From: Takakia lepidozioides
Lineage: Eukaryota; Plantae; Bryophyta
DNA length: 64,000 bases
Direction of reading: 5' to 3'
Assembly: GCA_030704615.1 (NCBI GenBank)
Contig: CM060732.1
Location: 78,554,001-78,618,000 of the forward strand
Below are positions 34,249 to 47,895 of the stretch, piece after piece. The notes under the pieces were generated by a model. That model was not told the origin of the DNA, did no database searches, and saw only the letters and a list, made by a program, of their open reading frames with translations. Made by a program: the position numbers and the translations under genes. Position 1 is the stretch's first letter. Every line of letters starts with the position of its first letter.

Positions 34249-37200
34249 ATGGCAATGGAGATGGGAATAGAGGAGGACAAGGACTTGTGTGCCACAGTGA
34301 TGGCTCTCTTCCGGAATAGCCAGCAGCCAGAGCACCAACATCTTTGCGCGGTGGTGGCAGCCATGGCTGAGGTCCTTAGGGAGCAGTCCCTCTCTCCCAC
34401 TCCCACAGCGTATTTTGCGGCCACAATGTCTTCCTTGGAGCGCCAAGGCGCGGGGCCTTCCCACAACGAATCAGTGACAACTGCTCTCTGTTCATTTCTG
34501 GCTATGGTTCTCCCAGAGACCCCTACCCCTGTATTGAGATCAAAGAGTGGTGCTTCCCTACTGCTGTTGGGGAAAATTCTAGCCATGGATACATCAAATG
34601 CTGGTACTGTGAAAGCCGGTTTGTCCTGTCTGGCGTTTATTTTCCGAGCAGTGGACAAGTCGAACTGGCTAGCCCTGGCTCCTTCGTTCAGCCTTTTCCT
34701 CCAGCATTGTCTTGATCATCGACCTAAGGTGCAATTTTCTTCCGGACAAGAAGCACATTGGTTCATGGGGTGGGGCTGGGAGATATTTGTAGAGCTCAGA
34801 TTGAGGAATGAATCTTTGACCATTGAACAAGGCATACAAGTAATTTCCGGATTGAAAGACATTTGCACTGGTATTAAGCCAGTCCTGTCTGTAATGCACA
34901 CAGATAAAAATTAATTTTACTTCTTCAAGATTTTGTCTGATGGCCACAGTGGCCTCTATCCACTTCCTCTCTTCCTTCCTCCCTTCTGTTCTTCACTGGC
35001 CCAAACTGAGTCCTATTTCCTCACAGCATCTGAACATGCCACCACCTTTTGGAGGCACAGGAGTGGTCTCAGGACAGAATGTGGCTGGAATCGCAGAGAG
35101 CAACTGCTATCAATAACCTCAATGTCACTATTTGTTGAGGTCTAAACTAGGGGCAGAGGGATCGAGGGTCTAAGGGTCAAAGGCTTTACTCCTTTCTTTG
35201 TGGTTTAAGGATGAATATATTGTGTGCTGCGTCTGTGGTAAAGGGCTTATACATCTCATGGAGGAGTGATGGACTGTGCCTGAAGTCTAGACCAATTTCA
35301 GATGTTTCTCTTTAGTGTTCTACTTTCAGCAAGGACTATTTCACCAGCAAGTGTGGCTGTCTGTGTATTGGACATGTTTCTTAGGTGCGAAAGCGCGCTC
35401 AAGCCTGCATGGCAGAGGTTCTAGCTGGGTTGCAAGGAACCCAGGCATTGGGGACAGCGAGTGATTCGATAGTTAGTTTATTTGAGCGGTCCCTGACTGC
35501 TGTCTCCAAGACCCAGGGAAATTCTGCCAACACAGGTGCAGTTGAGGTTTTGCACATGCTGGGGGCATTGAAGCATCTCCTGCCACTTTTGTCACGGAAG
35601 GCAATTGGGCGAATTTTGCCCCACCTTGGCACACTTCATGAGCTCCAGCAGCCTTTGGTGACCCGGCATGTTCTGGATATGCTACAAATTCTCTTTATGT
35701 TTCCTGGTGCTGACATTCCAGCTGTTGCTCTGGGGGAAGTTTTGGGAAGATTGGGAGCTTTGCTTTCATCAGGGGAAAGACGGAACACGGTAGATGAGGT
35801 TACAGCTGTTGCCCGTGTGATGCAGCATGGGTTTCAAAGGCTCCATGCAGCTGACCGCAATATTTGCATCACCAAGTTACCTTCTGTTTTTCATTCCCTT
35901 GCAGGTACACTCATTCCAAACCTTAGATACTGCTGGAGCTCTCAGTACCGTTCCTTTGCCAATGCTCAAATTTTAAATGTATGTGTGATTGCAAGGGAAT
36001 ACCTCAGGAAGATGAGGTCTCAAAATTACCCTGTGGGTGTGGCACTCACAGATGGAGTGTCAGGCCTGTATCTGGTGGCAATTTCTTCGAATGTTTTGTA
36101 CTGACGTGGGTTTGTCGAATTGTGGAGTTTTTTTCAGGGCTTTTGGCGTCAGAGCAAGAAGAGACGGTTTTTGCGGTAGCAGAGTGTATGCGAAGCTTGG
36201 TAGGGAGCTGTATTGACGAACTTATGATTCAGCAAGGCATTAGCCAGGTACAGTTGCAGGGGGAGCATCGTAAGGGAGGCCTGATGCCAATTGAGCGCAT
36301 CTGCATAACTGTTGAGAGCACCTTGAGTTACCAATACAGTACGGCTTGGGACATGGCCCTCCAAGTGGTAGCTGCTCTCTTTGACAGATTGGGTATTCTA
36401 CATCTTCTCATGTTACTGTTTTCCTCTGCCCCTCCGTCTTGTGTATAAACTTGTCAGAGATCAAACCTCTCTGCCACAGGAGTCCGTCAAGGAAACGTAA
36501 TGGAGATCAAACGGCATAGGGGTATCATTATTCCCCCCCCCAGGAACGCCCATGGCTTTGATGACTTGGGCCGAATTCACTTTGGAGAAGGATAGCAGAT
36601 CTTTCGCTCAGTCATCGTATGGCCTGCCATCGTCTTCCTCCTCAACAACCACCAGTCCCTCCTCAATCACTTCGTCCTCTCCCTGCGCAAAACCTTTTCT
36701 TTTTCTTCGCCTGCATTCGAAGGGATATATTTCGCATGTAAAAGCCTTGACAAAAAATGCATGCTTCAATGCACACAATTTTCATTCCTCTCCAAAGTAT
36801 TCATTTCCATGTCTCTCCACACCCAATATCAATCTACTCTCTTCCACAAAAGTATGCTGCAGACAGTCAATGAAATTTTGCTGCAAGCAAAAAAATGAGT
36901 GTGAGAGAACCTCCAGAAACTGCATGCGCTACATACTTGGTTGAATCTGCACAAATCACTTGCACTATACGCCTTCAAAGTCTTCCAAACCCAGAAAAAC
37001 ACGTCTACAACTTGAGGTTGTAGACTCAACGGTTGTTTCCTGTAACTTGTGGAGGGCCGTGTGTCTGGTCAGACCTGCAGGAGCGTGCTGGAATATATTG
37101 GTGTACTAAATCATGTTGCATGATGGCAGGCAGAGTTTCGTCTTTGCTAATGGCGGGAACTGTGAAGACTCTTGGAGACTTACAAGACCTTCCTGATGAA

Positions 37201-40200
37201 GACATAACTTGCCGTAAGCAGGTACTTAACTATTGTTCCCACACGCAGGAGATTCTAGCACGGGATTAGTGGAGATTCCAGGCTACCCTGAACCTTCTTG
37301 ATCATTGTTGGTTTGTATCATGGCAGCTGCATAAGACCATAGGAGCAGCAGTTGCAGCTATGGGTCCAGATCATTTGCTGGCTATGCTTCCTCTTGAGAT
37401 GGATGGACCGGATCTTTCAAAATCTAGGGTTTGGCTGCTACCTATTCTGAAGCAGCACATGGTGGGCACACGTCTTCAATTTTTTGCCAAAGACCTTCTT
37501 CCTCTGGCTGCTCGCCTACGTGAACGTGCTCGGAAGGTGAGATGATATTTGAGCCTTTTGTTATTTTGTGACTATGTGCATGTCTTACCCTCTTCCAATT
37601 TGAATGTAACCAAGATTTTTCAGTTTTCTGTGTTTTCTTCCGTCTCACCGGAAGTTATGATCATCAGTCCAGACTCTGTCTCTTCTTTAGCATCATCAGT
37701 TTGAGGGCTGAAGAAAACCTGATTTGGAACTCAGGGGTTTGTCTCTCCTCTAGCGTTCAATCCTGGATCAGCAAACTATGTAGTAGTATGTTAGGTATGA
37801 TGTATTCCTGCTTTTGCTTGCTGTGTAAATTACTAGGAAATAGTTGTGTAAAGGGTCTGTCCTGTGTCTAAAATGTATAAAATTGTCCAGTGTGCCACAG
37901 ATGGAAAGCCGGTGGCAACCAAGAATGCTGAATCATGTGTGCAGTCGCTTTGGGCGCTATTGCCATCAGTCTGCAATTATCCTTCTGACACTGCCCAAAG
38001 CTTCAGCCTTATTGCCAAGTCGCTGGGGGATGGGCTCAACAAGGAGCCTGAGCTCAGGGGTATTATTTGCACCAGTTTGCAGGTTCTCCCTTCTCTCGCC
38101 CATAAGCTTTTGAGCTTCCCATAAACGTATCAACTTTTCTTTTTCCCATTTCTTCTCTCCTCTCGTTACTTATGAGTACATTCTCTCCTGCTGCATGTGG
38201 ACTTGTGGAATCAGCCATTCAAATATGCACGCTCTATCTGGCTTCCCTGTGGGCACCCACTAGCATTTAATTTTTGCACATGAATAGTTTGCATCTTGTA
38301 AAACTGCACCGCAATGCTCTACAAATGGCCTTTCTATAGGCAGCAGCTCTCTTTTGACTTCCGATTGTGAAAAGGAATTTATAAGGCATGGGGAGACACT
38401 TAGAAGGGTAGTAGGAGAGAAAACACAGTGACTTGGCAGCAGTTTGTTAGCTTCCATCAGTGAAGTGCTTCTTCTTGCTAAGTTGTTGAGATTTTATACG
38501 ACAACTTACAAACCGCATGTTGCATGTTGTGTTATGTGTGCAGTCACTGGTGTGGCAAAATAGGAAGGCACGAGGAGACAAGTTAGAGGGAATCAAGTGG
38601 GTAGAAGACCACAATGAAGAGAGTTCAGAGGAGGTAGGCTCAGCTGAGCAACACGCTCGGGCAATGTATACACCGGAAGTAGCATCAGCAAATCTGGCAG
38701 CAATGGCTGGATACTCTCGCAACTTTCTGCCTCTCTTGTTCAACCTATTTGTCGCTTCTGCCCCAGAGAGACGTGGGGACTTACAGGTCAGGTTTGTTTG
38801 AAAGGCTTTGTGGCAGAGAAGGCTTTGAGACAGAGGGTGTTTGTTCTCAAGGATTAGTTAGTGGCTGCAGTGATAGTGTTAAATATGACCTTACAAGTGT
38901 GTCCTTTAACACATGGCAGGGTCTTATTGGAGACAATATAATTGTTTTGAGGGTATGCACTTAGTGACACATGCCGCTGCAAATCCTAAGCTGGTATCAC
39001 TTTTACAGGCCACAATTGGAGCGATTGCTTCCATCTCAGACAAGCAGACAATCAAGAACTTTTTTGTCGCAATCATGAAGAAGCTTTTGCAAGCAACCAT
39101 GGAGGCTGCCACTACAGGTGCTCAGCAAGAGGGTGCTGGGCCCATGCAGGTGGATGCCCCAAAGCCTGAAGAGAGTGCCGCGTCACGAAGGTGAAGTTCG
39201 GAGAGCATAGTCTTGTTTTGCTTGTGAATTGTGCTTCAGTAGAGTTGATTAGTGGCCGTAGATGTCCCATTGAAGTGGTTAGTTTGTCAGCACTGTATAC
39301 CTGGAAGTGACAATTCTCATAAAGGAACATTCGGACTTGTAAGCTGGACCCCGTATATAGACTTACAATCTCAGCATCATTCCTGCTCAGGTGTGTATTT
39401 ATGGATTTGGCACTTTCTTTAATCGAAGGCTTGGATGGTGAGGCTCTCGGCATGCTCTTCACCACTGCCAAGCCTGCCTTACAGGTGTAATACTTCTCAC
39501 TCTGTTGTCTAAGGGTTCTATGTATTTTGAGGCCAGTCCTGTTGTCACATAGTCAGTAATTCACTTTTGGCTCACAAAATGGAAGCTGCTATGAGATTTT
39601 TGGTCAAGTGTGTACTTCTAAGAAATGAAACTGGACTGAATCATCAGCTTAGGCAATCAGGCAGCCTGTGAGAGCAGTGCTAATGTTTTTTTATGCATTT
39701 GCAAACAGGACCATGATGGAGCAGTTCAGAAGAAGGCTTACAAGGTGCTAGCCAGCATCTGTAAGGTAAGTTGTGTCATAATCCCAAGTGTCACATCTGT
39801 CCAAATGGCAACAGTTCAGTTTGACTCGAGTCACCGGTTTTCAAGCTCGCTGTCGGGCATTACTCTGCACTGCCAGGCCTTGACTGCTAGTTCGCACATG
39901 ACAGCATCCTACTGTTACATACATAAGCAGGGTATTGTTGCACATTTCACAATTGCAAATTCAGTGGGCGCAACTCAACACAAACCTTGTGGATGGGAGG
40001 TTTAGCTTGCAGTTTTCTGAGTAACGTTTTCCTATGTTTACCATTTATTTCACAGTAAGAGGTTTAGCCCCTGTGGGTGTGAATTTCATCACATAGCACT
40101 TGCTAACTCCAGTGAACAGTTCAAATCTCCTGTTGGCATTAGCAAATACTAAAGTACGCAGCTGAAGAAGCCCATACTCCTCTTGCATTCACGGCAGAAT

Positions 40201-43200
40201 ATATGTTGTCAAGTTCACAGCTGTTGGTTTGGTGGGTCATTCGATGTTTACTGTGTGTGCCTGCTGATCTCCCCAGGCAAACAAAGACTTTGTATCTACA
40301 AAGTTAGACGAAATTCTGGAGACGCTGTTGACTTCACTGTCCAGTGTTCAGTCATCTGCGAGGCGCCACCGCCTGAACTGCCTCCATCATCTGATCCTCC
40401 ATCTCTCCAAGGTCTCCCTCTTCATACCTCCCGTCATATTTTACCACTTTCCAGTATTTTCCTGCTTTGTAGGCTGCAGCTGCTGCTTTTGGCACCTATA
40501 GACTTCCTTAACAAAAAACCTTCCCCCTCCTCTCCTATTCTCCCTCACACTTGCTTAGTTGGAGGGATATGAACTTCTGAAGGTAACTAGATGGACAAGT
40601 GTTATGTGGGTTCGTGGTTGAGGGTGCAGGCAGGGGACCAAAGGAGGGACGAGGCAATAGCCACCCTTATCAGCGAAATCATTTTGGCAACTAAGGAGGT
40701 GATAATGGCTTCTCCTTTTCACATTCCTCACACTTTCTAGTGTGGAGCGACAAAACTTCCAAGAGTTAATTTAGGGGAGAATAATTGTATTGGAAGTGTG
40801 TTAAGCAGACCCTATGGGCTAAGTCTGTCGGGCTAAGTCCAATATGGATGAGCAGGTTTGAGCACTTCCATCCATAAGCTTTAGACATGAACTCAAGCTG
40901 AAGTGGTGATGACTGGTGGGAAGTGTCCTTGTTGCTGAAACAGACGAACAAGAAAACTCGAAATGCAGCTTATGATTTGCTTATTGATATCGGCCATGGC
41001 ATGGAAGACCCTGAGAGTGGCGGTTCCAAAGACAGGTTGCTGCATTTTTTCAGCATGGTGAGGATCCTTTTCCAGGAATCATGCATTGAGCAGATTTGGC
41101 CTTGTTGCAGTGGTATTTGCTTCAGTATTCTAGTTAGTAGTGATCAGTTTGTTGTGTATTTGAGCACTTGGAGTAGCACAAGAGAATTTGCCCGCCGTAG
41201 TCTGAAAAGTTTGAATGTTACTGGTAAATTGAATATTGCAAAAAGGAATGCCATGCCAAAGCCATATGGTGTCTTTTTTCTTTTCTGCTCTCACCATGGT
41301 TCGGGCACATTTTGGAATTTAAACTCCATTTCCAGTCCATCACAACATACCCTTCAGCACAAAACTAGGGGTACTCCTGTGTGGCAATAGGGTGTAAGTT
41401 GACAATGCATACTTCCACTGATCAATTTTTGGCACAACTCTGTCCTTCGATGAGCTGCAAATAATACCCTATTTCTGCTGACTGTCTAGAAGGGTAGCTC
41501 ATGATGATACTCGAGCAAGTCCTTTGGAGATTTAATCTTGTCACAATACAGCACATATTCTATGGCCCCCTAGGTGTGAGCAGTCATGAACTACAACCTA
41601 CCCTGGTAGTTGTAATACTTTGCTGTAGTTTTATTGGCCATTGATGGTCTTGGTGGTGGGGTCTACTTAGTATGCTAAAAGTGAAACTCTAAATGTTTTT
41701 GTGACAAGGTATTGCTTCTAGCCTATGAGAGCAGCTGATATGAAGTTTTATGCATGGGTTTGATGGAGCAGATAGTCGGATGCTTAGCTGGAACCACACC
41801 GCACATGGTGAGTGCGGCTGTAGTGGGTCTGGCAAGGCTGTTGTATGAGTTCTCAGCAGACCTTTGTCATACTGTACCTGACCTCCTGCCTTCCGCACTC
41901 CTTCTGTTGCACTGTAAAAACCGAGAAATTATCAAGGTACTAACACTTCTCCTTTACGCTTTTTGTCTATATTTTCATTGACACATTGCTTTCTGATCTC
42001 TTTTTCTGGATGTATGTCTACCATGACTGGAGATGTGCTGATAGAGGCACGCAGGGTACCCTTTCAATTGTAATCTGTTTGGCTCAAATTTGCATTACTT
42101 GCAAGGCTGGAGTCTTCTTACTGGGGGGGGACTATTGGTTGGAGGGCAGTCAGTGTTAGGTTTGGTGAAGGTGGTGATAGCTCGGTTACCAGCAGCAGAA
42201 CTGGAGCAACATTTACGCAGCTTAGTAGAAGGATTGATGCTGTGGACTGACGACTCCAAGAATCACTTCAAGGCTAAGGTATGTGATTGGTCTACGGCCA
42301 ATAATCTGGCAACGCAATGTATGTTTGGATGCCTGGCATCATATGCTTCCTTACATTTTTTGTATCCTTTGAAAGCATATGGTCCAAATGCAGTGTGCAC
42401 TCTAATCTGTCTAGTTATGCTGTCTATCGTCCTGAAAAGTTCTTGCAGTCACCTTTTTGTTGGTCCTCATGATGTAGGTACGTTCCATAATTGAGAGACT
42501 GGTTCGAAGATGCGGCATGGAGGCTGTCTCTGCTGTCATGCCTGAGGAACACATGAAGTTACTGACAAATATTCGCAAAGTAAGTCTCTCTCTCTCTCTC
42601 TCAACTCTCGACGTGATGAGTTCAAGGTCAGGTGGTGGGGTCAGTTGAGTAGCATGTCTAATACCAGATACCCTAAGATAATTGACTCTATTGCTTGGAA
42701 GCAAGACCTGGCAGAGAAGGGTAGAAGAGATTTTGAAGTATCTGAATATTAGCCCAGAAGAATTGCCCCTGCTAGATGAAGCTGACAAGAATTGCCCCTG
42801 CTAGAATTGCATCTAGGACCTTAAGGATGATCTCAAGGGCCTACCTACACTTGGCACTAGACTGAAATTTAAACTCAGGGTGGGAAGCCTACATTTGGAA
42901 CAAGTAATCAGATGCGGTAATCTCCCAATGTGCGTGCAGCCTGAGACAATATCCATTTTCTGATACATTGTCCGGGATATTCTCATCAGAGAGTTACCCT
43001 CTTCAGGAACATCAAGAACATTGTTCCCGCACCTCTGTTCACCAACTTTGAAAATCTTGAGGCTGAGCCTAGGCCTTGTTGGGGTCTAATGGCTTTCTAA
43101 AGGTTATCTGGAAAACCCAGACTAATTGTGTTTATCATGGTAAGTCACACTACTGTAGTGAGCCCCTCACAAACGTAGTGTCTGTTCCCTTCTGTTGTGC

Positions 43201-45100
43201 CTGCCCAAACTGGGTGTGGGGTCTGTGGCACATTCACTCTCTTGAGGTGGAGCAGAGATCAATGACAAGTGAAGGCATCTTTCAAGCTGGCATATTTCAA
43301 CTCTTGCTCCCCTTGCTGTGGGAGTATCATAACTTAGGGGCACTCTGCCTTATGTAAACATCATATTTATGTCGTAAACCGACATGGTGTGGATCTTAGA
43401 TGTGTTTGCCCGTAGGCCAACCAGCTTGTCTCAAAGTCTTGTTGAAGCCATTTCACTTGACATATGAGAGTCAGTGCTGGGAGTCTGTACGACTGCAATC
43501 TCAGTATCAAAAGAGAAAGAGGTCTGTGTGAGTTCAATGGTTCAAAGAAATAAAGATCATGTGATGCTGGTTGCAGACAAAAGAGCAGGCGGAGAGAAAG
43601 AAGAGAGGCACTATTGGGGAGGATGACACAAAGTCTGTTCAGTCTGGAGCAAGCACAGCTCGGTACTGTTTCTCTGCTTCTCTTTGGGGGAAATCCAATT
43701 TGAAATGAAGCCCTGTTGTGTAACAGTTGGATCTCACATATTTGAACCTTTAGATATAAAGCCAACATATTCAGACAATGCCAAGTTTCTTTTGGTTCTA
43801 AATCCCAAGCTGCAGTTAGTGTGCTTTCTCACCATAGGAGGAGATTCCCGAATTGTTTGTGAACAGTATGCCACCTTTCATCTGTAAATCTTGGTTACTG
43901 GAAGGGCACATGTGAGTCTAATGCGAAGACTGTGCCACTTACAAACCACTTTTTGTAGTGCAGAATCTAAATTGCTTTTCAAACTGCATGTATGTTGCAT
44001 GTTGGTCTATGGACAGGAGGAGCAAATGGAATCATACTGATGTCTTTTCTGAGGACGAGGGAGAGGATGATAGTGACGATGAGTATGGAAGCACTAAAGC
44101 TACAAGCCTGGCCAAAACCAGCTATCTAGGGAAATCTCAGGGTTCCACCAGGTAATATAAGTTTTATGGTCCTGTAACATGTTCTCTGCTTCTGTATGGA
44201 GTTTTCCTGTCGGTGCCGGTATTTGAAGGAGAGGAAATCATTGTAATGTGAGCAATGTAGTTGATATGTGTTCAGAGTGGCTCTCGAGGCTTCAGACATG
44301 GAACCCATGGTGAAAAATAGAATGTAGGTCAATACGCACAACATAAGTGTCCATAACTGGAGCTTGTCTCTTACTGTTTATGTTTGGCTTACTCATACTT
44401 AATTCCTTTTTTTCTGTGCAGGTCCAGGAAGCTGCGCAAATCAAATAAGAGACTTCCAGCTGACTCAATGGAGACTGACCAGGGCGAGCCCCTGGATCTG
44501 TTGGACACACGCAAGACATGCGCAGTACTCTCAGTCAAGTCGCAGCAGAAGCGTCCTGATAGTGATGATGAGGTAGAGTATACGGCTGAAGGGCGCCTGA
44601 TTGTTGATGAGAATGCAGACCGGATACGTGAGAAGTTGAAGAAGAAAAGGCAGTGGGATGACGATCACCCCGAGGGAATGGCGACTGCCAGCCAGGGTGG
44701 ACAGAGTAGGAAGCGAAGGAGGGGTGGAGAGAGCAAGGGAGGCAATAAGGATGGGAACAGGGTTGGTATCAAGCCAGGGATGGCCCGAAGGCCTAAGGCT
44801 GAGGCTACAAGCTGGGCGTACACAGGTGACGAGTATGCAAACAAGAAGAGCAAAGTTGGGGGAGATGTGAAGAAGCAAGGGAAGTTGGAACCCTATGCAT
44901 ATTGGCCACTGGATCCCAAGATGCTGAATCGGCGCGAGGCCAAGCGAACCGCTGCCCGAAAGGGGATGGCTAGTGTAGTGAAGGCAACCCAAAAAATGCG
45001 AGGCATGAGTGCCAGCAAGGCTCTGTCCCTTAACAGCTCAACTAGGAAACGCAAACAAAAAGCTCACAAGGGCAAGGTCAAGGGGAAAGAAAGGACATAA
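34249..45100 (+). CDS. RRP12: RRP12-like ribosome biogenesis HEAT-repeat protein (NUC173), about 19 coding exons
   Basis: Exons traced with GT-AG junctions (34249-34728, 35385-35904, 36138-36392, 37130-37221 ... 44422-45100). Motifs QPEHQHLCAVV, PTAYFAA, DHRPKVRKRAQ, MGPDHLLAMLPL, SRVWLLPILKQH, SRNFLPLLFNLF, VQKKAYKVL, TPHMVSAAV, KNREIIKS, MPEEHMKLLTNIRK, GGDVKKQGKLEPYAYWPLD. Confidence 0.93.
42585..42602. repeat. (CT)n microsatellite in an RRP12 intron
   Basis: CT run immediately after a GTAAGT donor. Confidence 0.85.
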
Positions 45101-46354
45101 TGATGAAAGTACCCTTGTGCTGTTGCCCTCCCACATTTCTCCAGCTGACTCCTACAGCCACACTGGTCCGGTAAGATGTCGCAAGAATCAGTGTCCACTT
45201 CCAATATTGGATAACGGGGAATGCTTACTAGCCACATTGAATGGGAAAAGAGTGAGACTAGCTTTTGCCAACACAAAGCTTGGCCCTGCTTGTATGGCAT
45301 GGTCGCTATGTCAATGGTCTCTCCACCTCCTTGGGGGCAAGAGCCTCCTGCATACCAAATCAAGTCAGCTGTAGACTAAGTAGGAGTGAGAAGGTCAAAA
45401 TAGGCACAGATGTGTAGAGGTCGTGAGTTTCACAATTTTTAACGGAAGCTACTACTGGTGCATTGTTTACTCTAATGGTTGTTGAACTCCAGGGTAAAGA
45501 TTCCAATCAACAAATGGGGACTTGTACTAATGGAATCAGCAGACTTCATTCGTGCGACCTTGACCCTGAAGGTTCAAAGGTGATAACAAGTGTTCACTGC
45601 TCCGAAAGGCAACTACATTCGGTGGATGCATTGTGAGTAGGAACTGGTCACCTAGCACCTGAATCATGGACTTCCACAAGTGTCAACTATAAACAATGCT
45701 GATATGAAACATACAATCAATTGGATTTCAATCAACAATCAGATTTGAAGGTCTCTGAGAGTGCGGGCCTCCCCTTGGCATAGTAGTTCTGTCATGTCAC
45801 CCGACCAAGAGCTTTGGATCCAACTTCGATCACTTGGCACTTGATTCGGAGTGTCGGAGTGCGAACTGCGAAGCGTAACATTCTCTGTCACATTCTCACC
45901 CAGCACTCGTCTGATTCATAGCACAGCATTTGATTCACTGGTCTGGCACTCTCTCATTTGATTCATTGAATGCGAAGTAAATTCATTTGCCTGCAGGCAG
46001 ACAGTCTGCACCCCAAATTGCCGCCTCTTCAACTTGTCAGCTTCAGATCATAAATTCGCATAGAGTAGCACGGAATGTCTATAAATACTGTATAGTGTGA
46101 AGTGTAAAGCAACCTGGCCAGGAGTTTCCACGATTTTCGGACCTTCCCTCGGAAACTCCGGCTGCAGGTGCTCTACACTGCCCTCGAACCAGCTGATACT
46201 ATTTCTTCTCTCGAAAAATGTTCTCAAGTTAAAAAGTTGCTTGTCAGTGACGGATGGCAAGGCTATGTGCAGGGTGTGCAATGTGCCTTGAGAGAGAGGA
46301 GAGGACGAGGAAGTCTCCTGTCGAAATTGTAATTTTTTCCTTATTGACCTCTCT

Positions 46355-46419
46355 AGGTAGCAGGATTTGACCCTAGAATTAGCTGGGTGGTACTCAGTGC
46401 TCTATCCAACTGAGCTACC
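46355..46419 (-). mobile_element. tRNA-derived SINE head, copy 3
   Basis: Minus strand GGTAGCTCAGTTGGATAGAGCACTGAGTACC...GGGTCAAATCCTGCTACCT, similar to copies 1 and 2; body not recognisable. Confidence 0.7.
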
Positions 46420-47895
46420 CAGGGCCTTCAGTCCCCTCAGCCCTGTTATTTTAAGAAAAAGGAAAAAAGGTAAAGAAAAGAAACGTGGTTTGTGGGGAAA
46501 AGAAAACAATGTTATCCGAAAGAGCAAGACGGCGAGCGCAGAACGACGAGCTCTGCAGCTATGGCGGACACGTGTAGCAGGCCGGTTGCAGGGGTTTACT
46601 CTATACTCGGCCCTCACCCCGCAACCGTCGCGTCTCAGACGTCCTTCCTTCGGACTCCATGTTGCTTTCGATCTTGCTTCAGTGCTGCTTGCAATTACGA
46701 GGGATGCAGCTGGTGGAGGGAAGAAGAATGCGACTATGTGAGAAGCAGCATCGTTAGAAATTTTTTGGCAGCTTTCATTGAATGATTGTCAGGTTGTGTC
46801 CTCGGCTGTATGTAGTTGACGCCGTCCGGTTTTTGGTGTACATACTGATATTTACTGGTCGGTAGAGTCGTTACTCGGTTTTTGTAAGGATGAAGGTGCA
46901 GTGCAGTGCATCTGCAGAATGTGTCAGAGATGAGAATGAGCGTTCCTGCTCGGTTAGAATCATCGGAGCGTCCTTATCGTTCCTTATGCGAGATTGGTGT
47001 TTCTTTGGCAACAGCCGAGGTCGAATTATCCACACTGTATTTTAAACCATTCGTGATTGCATTTGACGATCACTTCTCCGGTGCTGCAATTTGCAATCGT
47101 AATTGACAGATGCCTGTGTATGCATTGTAGAGCATGGAGACTCCACTCTTGCAACAACGATGCTCCTTTGCTTCTATTATTCCCCGTTTTCTTTTTGTCT
47201 CTGATGCAACGACTTACGTACCTGTGGAGTCAGTGTATTCTCTCGGATCATGGCTCATTTGTAATGCTCGTTACCACCAAGTCTGACAAGTCAGCAAGGC
47301 AACTCTACATTATGTGCACAGTCGCCACTATCTTGCTACTATTATCCTGATCAACGCTTGGTTCGGAAAGGAGCCCACTGTACTGCATGACGGCTCCAGA
47401 CTGACTATAACGTTCAGGGGGAACATAGTATTGCAGCACGTGTCTCCCTGCAAAAAAACAGGGTGTCTCTGCAAAGCAATACTCTCTCATTGCTTGTGCC
47501 ATCAGCGTCAGCAATGATCACCCTCCCATGTGAGTTATCTACCTTGTTTCTACATGTCAGTGGTTACTGTGGGAGCCAATTGCTGCGTACCCTAATAGAA
47601 GATCATTTGTAGTGCCTGTAGGTGGCAACTCTACCCACATTAGAAGGATGAGAGAGAAGGTCTGCATCTAGTCCTTGCAGTGAGATCACAAGTCACACAT
47701 GCCATGCAGTCATCTTTTGAGCAGTCAAGCAGTGTGAAGTGAGTGGACAGCATATTTGGCTTGGTTCGTGGGAACATCTACCTCTTTGCCGTATATTTAC
47801 ATTCTTGCTATGGTATTTATTTGCTTAGTCAAGGTGTTTGATGAGCAGATAGCAGAGCTGTCTTCATAGAGTAGCACAGGGGCATTGAGGAGTGG

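Noticed and set aside
34119-34658. Long antisense ORFs over RRP12, PPR, retroelement and coiled-coil exons
   Set aside because: Shadows of real coding sequence on the opposite strand, with no independent motifs.
46355-46430. Functional tRNA genes here and at 23288 and 32247
   Set aside because: A/B boxes are present, but no acceptor stem or proper anticodon arm forms, and two copies share a non-tRNA body, so they are SINE-like.
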